From assembly GCA_000004985.1 (NCBI GenBank), contig GG738867.1: a DNA stretch of 64,000 nucleotides, one strand, 5' to 3'. Shown here piece by piece: positions 54,001 to 62,875 of the stretch; the first letter of the stretch is position 1, and each line of letters begins with the position of its first letter. A program made the position numbers and the translations under genes. Source of the stretch: Naegleria gruberi. Taxonomy: Eukaryota. The notes beneath the pieces were generated by a model. The model had not been told where the DNA came from. It saw only the letters and a list, made by a program, of their open reading frames with translations, and searched no databases.

Positions 54001-54227
54001 TCAAGGTAAGAAGATACGGAAAGAGCAAGGGAGGAGTTTTACTTACTTTAACTCCTGATCATAGTAAAGATACAATTCTTGATCTTGCAAGAACGAAACT
54101 GAAAGAGCCATCAATTGTTTCTCTTAGAGACGAAGAATGGATTGAATATGATTGTTTCCAAGATTTTGTTCAGAATAATGTGTATCAGGCGTTGACCAAA
54201 GAAGATGAAGATAAGGAAGAGTTGTAA
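51001..54227 (+). CDS. N-myristoylatable Ser/Thr protein kinase with a C-terminal UBR-box-like zinc finger, about 1059 aa. It is a paralog of the 47818..50654 gene. Structure: join(51001..51539, 51587..54227).
   Basis: The protein starts MGILNSKE.... Kinase motifs are LGEGYFGKVYEAKD, FAIKIV, LIHR / DLKPSNIMI (47-nt phase-1 intron, GTAAGT..ATACAG) and KIGDFGLAKK. The C-terminal cluster is YGLCSNVDRSDDHIKMWWFRCKTCFANDPSLGCCLTCGYKCHLGHNLSLQYSSFYCDCHVGEE, which fits the UBR-box pattern (C..RC.TC...C..C....H.GH....CDC). Confidence 0.7.
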
Positions 54228-54436
54228 AACAAAACACACTGTAAAATCCGTTCTTGATTCTATAACTAAATGATTTCTTTAATTATTTCATATGAAATAG
54301 TAACATTGAAAACTATTTTTGGCGTTGGTGGTGAACTTTGTCTTTGGAGATCACATAAATTTCCCTTTAAATAATATATAAATTTATAAAACAAAAAAAA
54401 CAAAGATTTAATTTCCATTCAAATATAAGAAGCAAA

Positions 54437-55448
54437 ATGACCGCCATTAATACTATCACAACTCCAGTTCAAACTCAACCTACTGGTAAATTAATCATGA
54501 GAAAGAACAAGGAAGACAAGATTGAAAAGGTATTCCAATTAATTAATTTCGGAGTCTTGAGCAAGACTGTTGGAGAATTTATTCAAGATTTGCCATCATC
54601 TGGTGAAGCATCAGCATCCACTTTCAAGATCAAGGCTATTGTTCCATCTTCTGAGAAGAGAAGAACAATTCTTGTAATTAACGATGAAAATGATTTTTCT
54701 GAAATGATGAAATTAATTCAAGAAATTCCACAAGATAAACCAATTCTTTTCAGAGAAATTGAATCATGAAAAGAAGGAAAGAAAGGAAAAGAAAGAAAGA
54801 AAGGTCAAGCCTAAATTGACTGAAGAACAATCTCAAAGTCTTTCCGAAAAGAAGGAACAAGTTGAATTATTGAAAGATGAAATTAAGATGAAGAAGGAAC
54901 AAATCAAGACTATCAAATTTGAAATGAAATCTTTGAAAAAGTCATTCCATCCAGTCAGTGTTAACAGTGACTCAAACGTTCCATCTGCTATTGAGTCATC
55001 TCCAACCAAGGAAGAAAGACTTAAACTCAAACTTCAAAACAAGGAAGAAAAACAAGCTTTGAAATTGGCCAAGAAAATGCTCAGAGATCAATGTAAGATT
55101 GAGAAGAGGGAAAGAAAGGAAAGAAAACTCTTTTTGAAGCAACAAGAAAATGCTAAAACTATTCCAACTCAACAAGAAGCAACTCAAGTTAGTGAACCAA
55201 CAGCTCCAGTTAATGTAACTGTAGAGCCAGTTATCTCTGAACCAGTTCAAGTTGTCAACAATACTGATGAAAAGCTTTCAATGAAACTCCAAAAGAAAGA
55301 GCAAAAGCTAGCCATGAAAATGGAAAAGAAACTTGAAAAACAATTAGTCAAAGCTCAAAGAAAATTGGAAAGACAAGCTCAAAAGCAAGAGAGAAAGGAA
55401 AGAAAATTGTTGGAAAAGCAACAACTTTCCACTCCTTCTCAAAATTAA
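54437..55448 (+). CDS. Protein with an N-terminal ubiquitin-like/PB1-like domain (ORF 54437..54769) followed by a long Lys/Glu-rich coiled-coil region (ORF 54759..55448). The two ORFs are offset by one nucleotide, an apparent frameshift.
   Basis: ORF1 ends REIES*. ORF2's frame is open only from about 54742, an overlap of about 27 nt that contains a T4 run, and no canonical intron fits. ORF2 is KEKKERK/KLEKQ-rich, with (AAG/AAA)n-like DNA repeats at 54770..54800 and 55090..55130. Confidence 0.35.
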
Positions 55449-55920
55449 TAGTTTAGAATAATTTGAAACAACTATTAAGAAGGAATATCTCATATTCTCC
55501 CTTCACATTTGTTGTGTAGTGTCTGAGAATGAGGAAGTTCAACTCTTATAGTTAAACGTACCAGTCAATCATGATTTAGCTGGATTTAAGGATCATGAAA
55601 CTATCTAAACAATATCGTGTAAATAACAAAATAAACACCTCTCCACAAATAATTCTCAAATATTGTTGAGCAATTACAGTGGGACGATATATCGCAACTA
55701 GACGTAAATCTCTTTTATAAAGTTGAAGGCTTGGAGGAAAATGAAATCCTGTTGCTATCTCAAAAAAGGTTGAATTTATTTTGTCTGAAAAGGAAGCATA
55801 ATAAACTGAGTTAGAAAACCAAAAAGCTTGAGACCAGATTCTCTTTCCCTACCTTACTTAATAGAACTTTATAGGTGAAATCTTGTTGCACATAATTAAA
55901 ATTACTCAATTATTAATTTA

Positions 55921-57393
55921 TTATCCAAAACCAAATGGAGTTTGTTGGGTTTGTTGAGTTTGTACTGGAGTTGAAACAAAATTGAATCCACCTGGTTGAG
56001 CTTGTGGTTGTTGGACTGGATTGCAACTGGCATACTTGTTAATGAGTTTCAATTTCCACTCTGGACTAATTGCACTAATAAAATAAAATTGTGGGGAATT
56101 ACAGCTTAGTAATTGGATCATCATTAAAACGGTTTCGATATTATTGATATGGAGATTGTCAACCAGAGTGCAGACTTCATAGGAGAGTGTCTCTCTCAAC
56201 GAAGCAAAGTTATGTAAAACCCAAACATCAATTGCACTCAAAATATTTGGTAACTCTGTTGCAGTGACCACCTTTTTGATTTGAGTTTCAAATAATTGTC
56301 TGTTCAATTCCTTGATAACCATTTGATTTTCTAAATCCTTTCCATCTACCAAGGTGTTGAATGCAATTTTAAACAAGGTAAAGTAGGAAGATGTTTCTGT
56401 AGAGTGAGGAAGTGAATAGGTTGAAAAGAAATTGTTGAAACTTCTGAGATACGCACGTGCACAATATTCTGAGAGTTTAAAGGTTGAGTAAAGTCGATTG
56501 ACTAATGTTTGGAATGTTGGAATGCCAAAGTAATCCATCACAAGCATAACTTGTAAAATATCTTCTACTTTTGCATTGGATGATTCAAAATAGGAACTAA
56601 TAGCATGTTGTAAAGCAATAGCTTTGATTCTTCCAAACTTTGATTCTGGAATGAAAGATGTTGCTAATTCTATGGTAAATACATCATTTTTCTTGGTACT
56701 GTTCTTTACCAACTGAGATAATAATCCATTATTTTGTCCAACTTTGATTCTATGAGTCTTGATTGTAGTAAAAAGTCCATTTTCATCATAAATTTCAATA
56801 TTTAAATCATGAAAATCATTGCTTTGATAACCACCAAATGACCCATGTTGTGGGATGGTAATAAATCCAGCAAGATTGGTAGTTGTTGCTGCACCAAAAG
56901 TGAAACCAAATGTTGGCTCAGTAGTGGTTGTGCCAAAAGCGAATCCAGTTTGTTGTGGTTGAGTAGCACCAAATCCAGTAACAGTAGGTGGTTGAGTTGC
57001 ACCAAAACCGAAACCTGTTTGGGGTGGTTGAGTTATAGATTGAGTAGTTGTTAGTTGACTTAATCCAAAGCCAGTAGTGGTAGGTTGAGAATTTCCTGTA
57101 GTAGTCCCAAAACCAAAACTTGGTTGAGTGGCTGGTTGGGAACCAAAGCTTCCGAATCCAGTAGTAGTGGTAGTAGTAGTTGGTGATGATCCAAAGCTGA
57201 ATCCTCCAGTTGGTTGTTGAGTAGTGGCTGGTTGGGATGTTTCTCCAAAGCTGAATCCACCAGAAGTATTGCCGGTTGTACCAAATGATGGTTGCTGTTG
57301 ATCAGTAGTAGCAGTAGCACTACTTGAACCAAAGCTGAAACCTGCTGGTTGTTGATCATTGCTTCCGAAACTATTAGTTGATGAGCTGAACAT
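55921..57393 (-). CDS. FG-repeat nucleoporin (central-channel Nup54/Nup58-like), 490 aa.
   Basis: The N-terminal roughly 170 aa carry about 15 FG / SFG / GFGFG repeats separated by T/S/Q/P-rich spacers (GFSFGSSSAT, GGFSFGETSQ, TGFGSFGSQP, SFGFGTTTGN, TGFGFGATQPP, ...). A structured alpha-helical domain follows, and the protein ends ...TPFGFG*. The ATG is preceded by aaaaaaaa. Confidence 0.6.
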   Translation of the reverse strand: MFSSSTNSFGSNDQQPAGFSFGSSSATATTDQQQPSFGTTGNTSGGFSFGETSQPATTQQPTGGFSFGSSPTTTTTTTGFGSFGSQPATQPSFGFGTTTGNSQPTTTGFGLSQLTTTQSITQPPQTGFGFGATQPPTVTGFGATQPQQTGFAFGTTTTEPTFGFTFGAATTTNLAGFITIPQHGSFGGYQSNDFHDLNIEIYDENGLFTTIKTHRIKVGQNNGLLSQLVKNSTKKNDVFTIELATSFIPESKFGRIKAIALQHAISSYFESSNAKVEDILQVMLVMDYFGIPTFQTLVNRLYSTFKLSEYCARAYLRSFNNFFSTYSLPHSTETSSYFTLFKIAFNTLVDGKDLENQMVIKELNRQLFETQIKKVVTATELPNILSAIDVWVLHNFASLRETLSYEVCTLVDNLHINNIETVLMMIQLLSCNSPQFYFISAISPEWKLKLINKYASCNPVQQPQAQPGGFNFVSTPVQTQQTQQTPFGFG

Positions 57394-57617
57394 TTTCTAT
57401 TTTTTTTGATTAGGATTGCTGCTCGAGCAATCATTCTTTAAATCTCTTCTTGGGTTACAATCCTTGCTGAAGAATTCTTTCAAGTTCCTACAAACATCTT
57501 GTGTGTTTTTTTCTTAATCGAATTCTGTGGGTGAGAACTCTTTATTTTTGGTTTTCAAAAACATGGTTTTGGCGGGAAACCTTTTGTGAATTAAATTGTG
57601 TAACTTCACAAATTGAA

Positions 57618-58568
57618 TTATTGATAAACAACGAGACCTTTTTCATAGCAAACAAACAATTCCCCTGTTTGTTTATCCAAACACATTCCTGAAATATTAT
57701 CATTACATTTCTGCTTTTGGACAAGTTGTAAATCATCTTTTCTTAGAACTATTATTGTGTTGTCTTCTGCATCCGAAACCATTATCTTTCGATTCAATTC
57801 ATCATGAACTATCGAATAAAAATCTGAGGATGAACTTTCTGTATGCATTGAAACAATGAGTTTGAGTGCTTCCTTCCCCAATCCAAATAAGTTTTCATCA
57901 ATTTCATAAATGCTGGTCAACCCAGAACATCCAATCATAATTTCACTTCTTGAAATCAATTCGAGAGCACAAGCATCTGGAGAAATAGTTAATATTGTAT
58001 TCGTTATCAGACATCCAGTTTCACAATCCGTAATTTTCAAATGGCTTGCAAAGTCATCAAGAACGATCAGAAACCTCGTATTCTTTCCATTAAATACTAC
58101 CATTCCAAATGGATTGGAATAGCCAGCTTCCGAAGAATAAACTGGTTCAGGCAGGTTTTTTCCTTTAATGAACTCTCCAAGATGATACTTGTTTAGTAAA
58201 ATAGTATCAGCATTTGATTCAGATGGCGAAATATTATAAATCTCATCATGATCATCATCCAAAGTATGAATCAATGATCCCTCAAGAGCAAAACTATTCA
58301 GTAATATTTTCATCTTACGATCAATAATATAAACTGAATTTGTCGTAATTCCAACCAAACAATCATATCGATATGAAAGTTTAAAGTCATACCTTGTCAT
58401 TTCTTCAATTTCTAAATTTCCAATTTGTCTACAATTATCAAAGCGATAGGAGAATGGAATTTTAGGGTTTCGGAACATTGTCTTCAACTTATCTATTTGA
58501 TCCGTGATCACAGGCACAAAATCGATCAATAAAAATGAAACAGGTTCATCGTCATCATGAATCGACAT
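57618..58568 (-). CDS. Beta-propeller-like protein of 316 aa, a paralog of the 19942..20934 gene.
   Basis: A single ORF: MSIHDDDEPVSFLLIDFVPVITDQ...NPFGMVVFNGKNTRFLIVLDD...LFVCYEKGLVVYQ. It has the same length class and blade-like pattern as its paralog. Confidence 0.45.
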   Translation of the reverse strand: MSIHDDDEPVSFLLIDFVPVITDQIDKLKTMFRNPKIPFSYRFDNCRQIGNLEIEEMTRYDFKLSYRYDCLVGITTNSVYIIDRKMKILLNSFALEGSLIHTLDDDHDEIYNISPSESNADTILLNKYHLGEFIKGKNLPEPVYSSEAGYSNPFGMVVFNGKNTRFLIVLDDFASHLKITDCETGCLITNTILTISPDACALELISRSEIMIGCSGLTSIYEIDENLFGLGKEALKLIVSMHTESSSSDFYSIVHDELNRKIMVSDAEDNTIIVLRKDDLQLVQKQKCNDNISGMCLDKQTGELFVCYEKGLVVYQ

Positions 58569-58581
58569 TTTTTTTTGTTAT

Positions 58582-59943
58582 TCATTTACTTTCTGTGTTG
58601 TTGAATAATGTGGACTTGATGATTCCTCTTACTTTCTTTGAAATAAAGTGAAGACTTGAGTTAGTGGCATGCTTAATCCAATAAAGCATTCTCCTAACGT
58701 TGCACTTTTCTGCAAAGGCAGCATATAGTATGATATTGTGACAGAGTTCGACTGGAGCAAGGATATTCGTCCATGATTTTAAGGTGTTTCCTTCATTGAA
58801 TCTTCCCAAATCTATTTCAGTAAAATAACAGAGAGTATTGAGAATAAATAGAATAGATCCCATGTGTTTAGGATAATAAGGGAACAGATTGACACTCAAT
58901 GAAAAAATCATTAACCCAAACACTGCTTGACATCCCAATAATCCCAATGACATTACAAACTTTAGACCAATATTCCAATCTCCCGAAAATGGAATTCTCA
59001 ACAAATTGCTTGTATGTCTGTATTGAAAAAATCCCACGGATTTCACAGCATTACAATAAACATATACTGAAAATATTATCAAATAAATTATATCATATTT
59101 GACAGCAAAGTCAAAAGAATCTGCTAGTTCTTCATAAAGCACTCGATATTGACATTTAAATGGCTCCATATTAACAGTCCAATATGATTGAGTTGACAAA
59201 ATTTTCAGTCTTCTTTTTGGAATTATAAATTCCTGACTCGCAACAATGCTGCTCTTTCCCAATAAATGATCTGGTTTCTCCAAATTTCCAATAAATTTTG
59301 AGAGGAAATCTAGAGCATTAGAATCACTACTTTTAAATTGTGTTTCAATATCCATAGGTTTCAATTTTTTGTAAACTATTATTGATTTTGGTCTCTTTGT
59401 AATATTTTCAACGTTGAATATTGTAATATTTCCATTAACATCAACATAACCATGAACCAATATTATGGATGCATTTTCCAATCTTGCCCATTCCTTCTCT
59501 ACCTTTCGAATAATTTTTTTAAAGTAAACTATTTCAATAGGCCACTCTTCCTCTTGTTTACCCAAACAATTTACAGGTAAATAAACCAAGAAATCAGAAT
59601 CCAACTCATCATATCCATACCTATACTTTAAACAAAGTGCCATACACCTTTTTAACGTACTCCTATTCTCATCAATTGATCCACAAAATAATTTACAAAT
59701 TTCCCCTTCAGATTTCAATTGATCAAGAATTAATTTTCCTCTTTTCAATCCAAAATTGTGAATTGTTTGCATTTTCATCAAGTAATTTTCCAATAATTTT
59801 AAACTCCAAGCAAAATCAGAATTTCCCTCGCAAAACATGTTTTTGTAAAGTGAGGAATTTAATTGAGAAATTCGGAATAGATCGAGTGGTGAGAGAAATT
59901 TACAAATTTCATACCAACATGATGGTGCTATGAAAATAGCCAT
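58582..59943 (-). CDS. F-box-like protein with a C-terminal multi-helix hydrophobic region, 453 aa.
   Basis: The N-terminus reads MAIFIAPSCWYEICKFLSPLDLFRISQLNSSLYKNMF (F-box-like). The C-terminus has hydrophobic segments IIYLIIFSVYVYC, FVMSLGLLGCQAVFGLMIFSLSVNLF and GSILFILNTLCYF. The architecture is the same as the 42760..44262 gene. Confidence 0.45.
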   Translation of the reverse strand: MAIFIAPSCWYEICKFLSPLDLFRISQLNSSLYKNMFCEGNSDFAWSLKLLENYLMKMQTIHNFGLKRGKLILDQLKSEGEICKLFCGSIDENRSTLKRCMALCLKYRYGYDELDSDFLVYLPVNCLGKQEEEWPIEIVYFKKIIRKVEKEWARLENASIILVHGYVDVNGNITIFNVENITKRPKSIIVYKKLKPMDIETQFKSSDSNALDFLSKFIGNLEKPDHLLGKSSIVASQEFIIPKRRLKILSTQSYWTVNMEPFKCQYRVLYEELADSFDFAVKYDIIYLIIFSVYVYCNAVKSVGFFQYRHTSNLLRIPFSGDWNIGLKFVMSLGLLGCQAVFGLMIFSLSVNLFPYYPKHMGSILFILNTLCYFTEIDLGRFNEGNTLKSWTNILAPVELCHNIILYAAFAEKCNVRRMLYWIKHATNSSLHFISKKVRGIIKSTLFNNTESK

Positions 59944-60203
59944 TTTTTTGATGAATTAAATAGGAAACTAATGTAATTTAATAAAATTGCAACAAAACGT
60001 GCATCTCTTTCAGAAATGGGATTTTTCTCTTGGATGTATTGAGACGATTAGCCAAAAAGAAATACTACTAATCAACCATTCTTCTGTATTTCTAATATCT
60101 CCATAAAAGGTCCATACTTATTCGAAAGCCCACTTTAATTTTCATTGTAATCTCAAAGATTTTCTCAAATTCTTCCGTTCTGATTTTGGAAATAGTAAAA
60201 AAA

Positions 60204-62186
60204 ATGCAACAACACAACAATAGCAGACGTCTCGATATTCTCTTGTCCCATTTATTTCCCTCCTCATCATCATCATCATTAACGGTGATGCGATCAGGAG
60301 ATGAAAATTCTCAACTCTATTCGAATACTTGTTCCGGTCAATCAAATAATAATGATCTTTCATGTGCTAAATGTACAGCATTTTCCTCAACACAATTCAA
60401 AGAGGAAATGATTAATAGATATTATACTCCTGAACAAGCAAAGATAAGACAAGATATTTATGATTTGGTTAAGGATAATCCACTCTTTGAAAGAAAATAC
60501 GGACTTTCAAAAGAACAAGAAAGACAATTGACTCATGATCGTGCTGTGTATATTATTCAGAAATTGAGACCTTTTGAACTTGAACATTTTAGAACTGATC
60601 CAAAGAGATTCTTTACTTTTTTAGATACTGTTAATAATATTGATTTTGGAGTTGCTGGAAGAAGTATGATTCATTTTGGGTTGTTTGGTGGATCTGTTCT
60701 TTATTTTGGAACTGAAAAGCATAAACAATTCCAAGATAGAATTGTTAATGATTTTGGAAAGATTTTTGGCATGTTCTGTATGAGTGAAATTGGACATGCT
60801 TCAAATGTACAACAAATTGAAACACTGGCAATTTATGATCATCAATCCAAGACAATTAATATTCGTACACCAAGTGATTCTGCTGTTAAGGTTTGGAGTG
60901 GAGGTGCTGCTCAATTTGCTCAGTGGGCTGTTGTGTTTGCTCAATTGGTTGTTGATAAGAAGTGTGGAGTTCATGCATTCTTAGTTCCAATTAGATCTGA
61001 AAAGGATCATTCAGTACTTCCTGGTATTAGAATCAGAGATTTGGGATCCAAGATTGGACTCAACTGTTTAGATAATGGAAGAGTTTGGTTTGATGTTAAA
61101 ATCTCAAAAGACTTGATGCTCGATAGATTTGGAACCATTGATGAAAATGGTCAATATAAGACATCAATTCCAGATGAAAGTGTCAGATTCTTAGCTCACG
61201 TTCAAGCATTGCTCATTGGTAGAATCATGACTGCCAGTTCAAGTTTGAATGCTCTTAAAATGGCTCTCGAAATCACTTTGAAGTATGCAGTTCACAGAAG
61301 GCAATTTGGCCCAACTAATTCAGGAGAGGAATTGCAAATTATCAATTATCTCAGTTATCAAAGAAGATTGTACCCATACCTTGCATTTTCCTTTGTCGCT
61401 CACTTCTCTGTTGAGGATTTGAAGAGAAAGTATGAAACAAATTCTGACTCCAAGATGATCCACACATTGGCTAGTTGTCTCAAAGCCAAATGTAGTGATA
61501 TCTCATTGCTAGGTTGTCAAGAATGTAGAAAATCCAGTGGTGCTCAAGGTTTCCTCAGTGCAAATAGAATTGGTGAAATGAGAGATATTGCCGATGCCTC
61601 AATTACATATGAGGGAGACAATAATGTTCTCTATCAAACAGCTTCTAGAAACTTGGTTAGAAGAAATACCAAAATACCATCTTTGGAAAAATTAACCTCT
61701 CTTCAAGATTTGGCTCAATTGCAAAAACTATTCGAATTCAGAGAGGCCACTATTGAAAAGCAGTATAGAGAAAAATTGGGTAAACTCTCTAAAACTCTTT
61801 CACCTTTCGAAGCTGCCAACAAAACTCAAGATCTTGCTCTCAAGTTAGGAAATGCTTATATTGAAAATAATATTATCAAGGTATTCCTACAAGAATCTTT
61901 GGGTAAATTATCTGAAAGAAACAAGAACTTGACTGAAATATTTACACGATTGGCTCTTTTATTAATTTACACTTGGATTCAACAAGATGGTTTCTTCCTT
62001 CTCCACGATTTGGTATCTAAGGAACAATATTCTCAACTTGACGATTCTATCAACTCAATTTGTCAATATTTAACTCCTTTCATTCCAACATTAGTTAATA
62101 GTTTTGGATTCCCTTCATTCTTGACCAACGTTGTTATGGGACCAAATCTTGTTGAAAATATGTCATACGACAAGATTTACAACTAA
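60204..62186 (+). CDS. Acyl-CoA oxidase (ACOX, peroxisomal-type), about 660 aa.
   Basis: A single ORF with ACOX signatures: CMSEIGHASNVQQIETLAIYD (compare the ACOX consensus E.GHGSNV.G.ET.A.YD), SAVKVWSGGAAQFAQWAVVFAQLV, LVPIRSEKDHSVLPGIRIRDLGSKIGLNCLDNG and KYAVHRRQFGP. The first ATG is at 60204; the track start at 60186 is TTG. The C-terminus (...DKIYN) has no obvious PTS1 tripeptide. Confidence 0.85.
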   Translation: MQQHNNSRRLDILLSHLFPSSSSSSLTVMRSGDENSQLYSNTCSGQSNNNDLSCAKCTAFSSTQFKEEMINRYYTPEQAKIRQDIYDLVKDNPLFERKYGLSKEQERQLTHDRAVYIIQKLRPFELEHFRTDPKRFFTFLDTVNNIDFGVAGRSMIHFGLFGGSVLYFGTEKHKQFQDRIVNDFGKIFGMFCMSEIGHASNVQQIETLAIYDHQSKTINIRTPSDSAVKVWSGGAAQFAQWAVVFAQLVVDKKCGVHAFLVPIRSEKDHSVLPGIRIRDLGSKIGLNCLDNGRVWFDVKISKDLMLDRFGTIDENGQYKTSIPDESVRFLAHVQALLIGRIMTASSSLNALKMALEITLKYAVHRRQFGPTNSGEELQIINYLSYQRRLYPYLAFSFVAHFSVEDLKRKYETNSDSKMIHTLASCLKAKCSDISLLGCQECRKSSGAQGFLSANRIGEMRDIADASITYEGDNNVLYQTASRNLVRRNTKIPSLEKLTSLQDLAQLQKLFEFREATIEKQYREKLGKLSKTLSPFEAANKTQDLALKLGNAYIENNIIKVFLQESLGKLSERNKNLTEIFTRLALLLIYTWIQQDGFFLLHDLVSKEQYSQLDDSINSICQYLTPFIPTLVNSFGFPSFLTNVVMGPNLVENMSYDKIYN

Positions 62187-62875
62187 ACAACGTTAACAAA
62201 TTAATTTGAGGGTTTGATGAAAGAAAAATATTTGTAACAGTTCAATTTGATCAATTAACCCACTTTCGTGCTAAATAAATTAATCTTTGATTTCTTAATC
62301 TCATCCAATAATAATTGATAACATTCTTCAAAAATTTGGAATTATTAGGAATGATGTGTTGTAAACTACCAACCCTAATTTTGATTCCTTTTTCACTGAT
62401 GATTTTCCAATTAATTTGTAAATTTTCTCAAAGAATCTTGTTAATAAAATTTCAAAGATGATGAATTTTACTCAATTTCGTAATAATCTATTTTAGAGTG
62501 TTAACATGACATGCTTAAATATCTTATAATTGAACAGTATAGAATTGATAGGTCGAAATCCTTGGACAATTTATTGATGAACACTGACTGATGTCTACCA
62601 AATAGTAGTCATGGCAAGTACCTTACAATATGTGGCTAGTCAACTAACACTTGATTGATATGCTTCAAGAGACATAAAACCTGTCATCAATCAAGTTTCA
62701 CAGCAAACAAGAAAACTCATCAAAAAAAAAACAAAATTGTTGTGGTGTTGGTTGTTGCCCATCCCAAAAACCTGTGCTGTACATTTTCCACATTAGAAAC
62801 AAAGATTGACAAGTTAACCACTCGTCATTCAACAACAACAACACATTACAACAATATATATAATAGATTTGTAAG

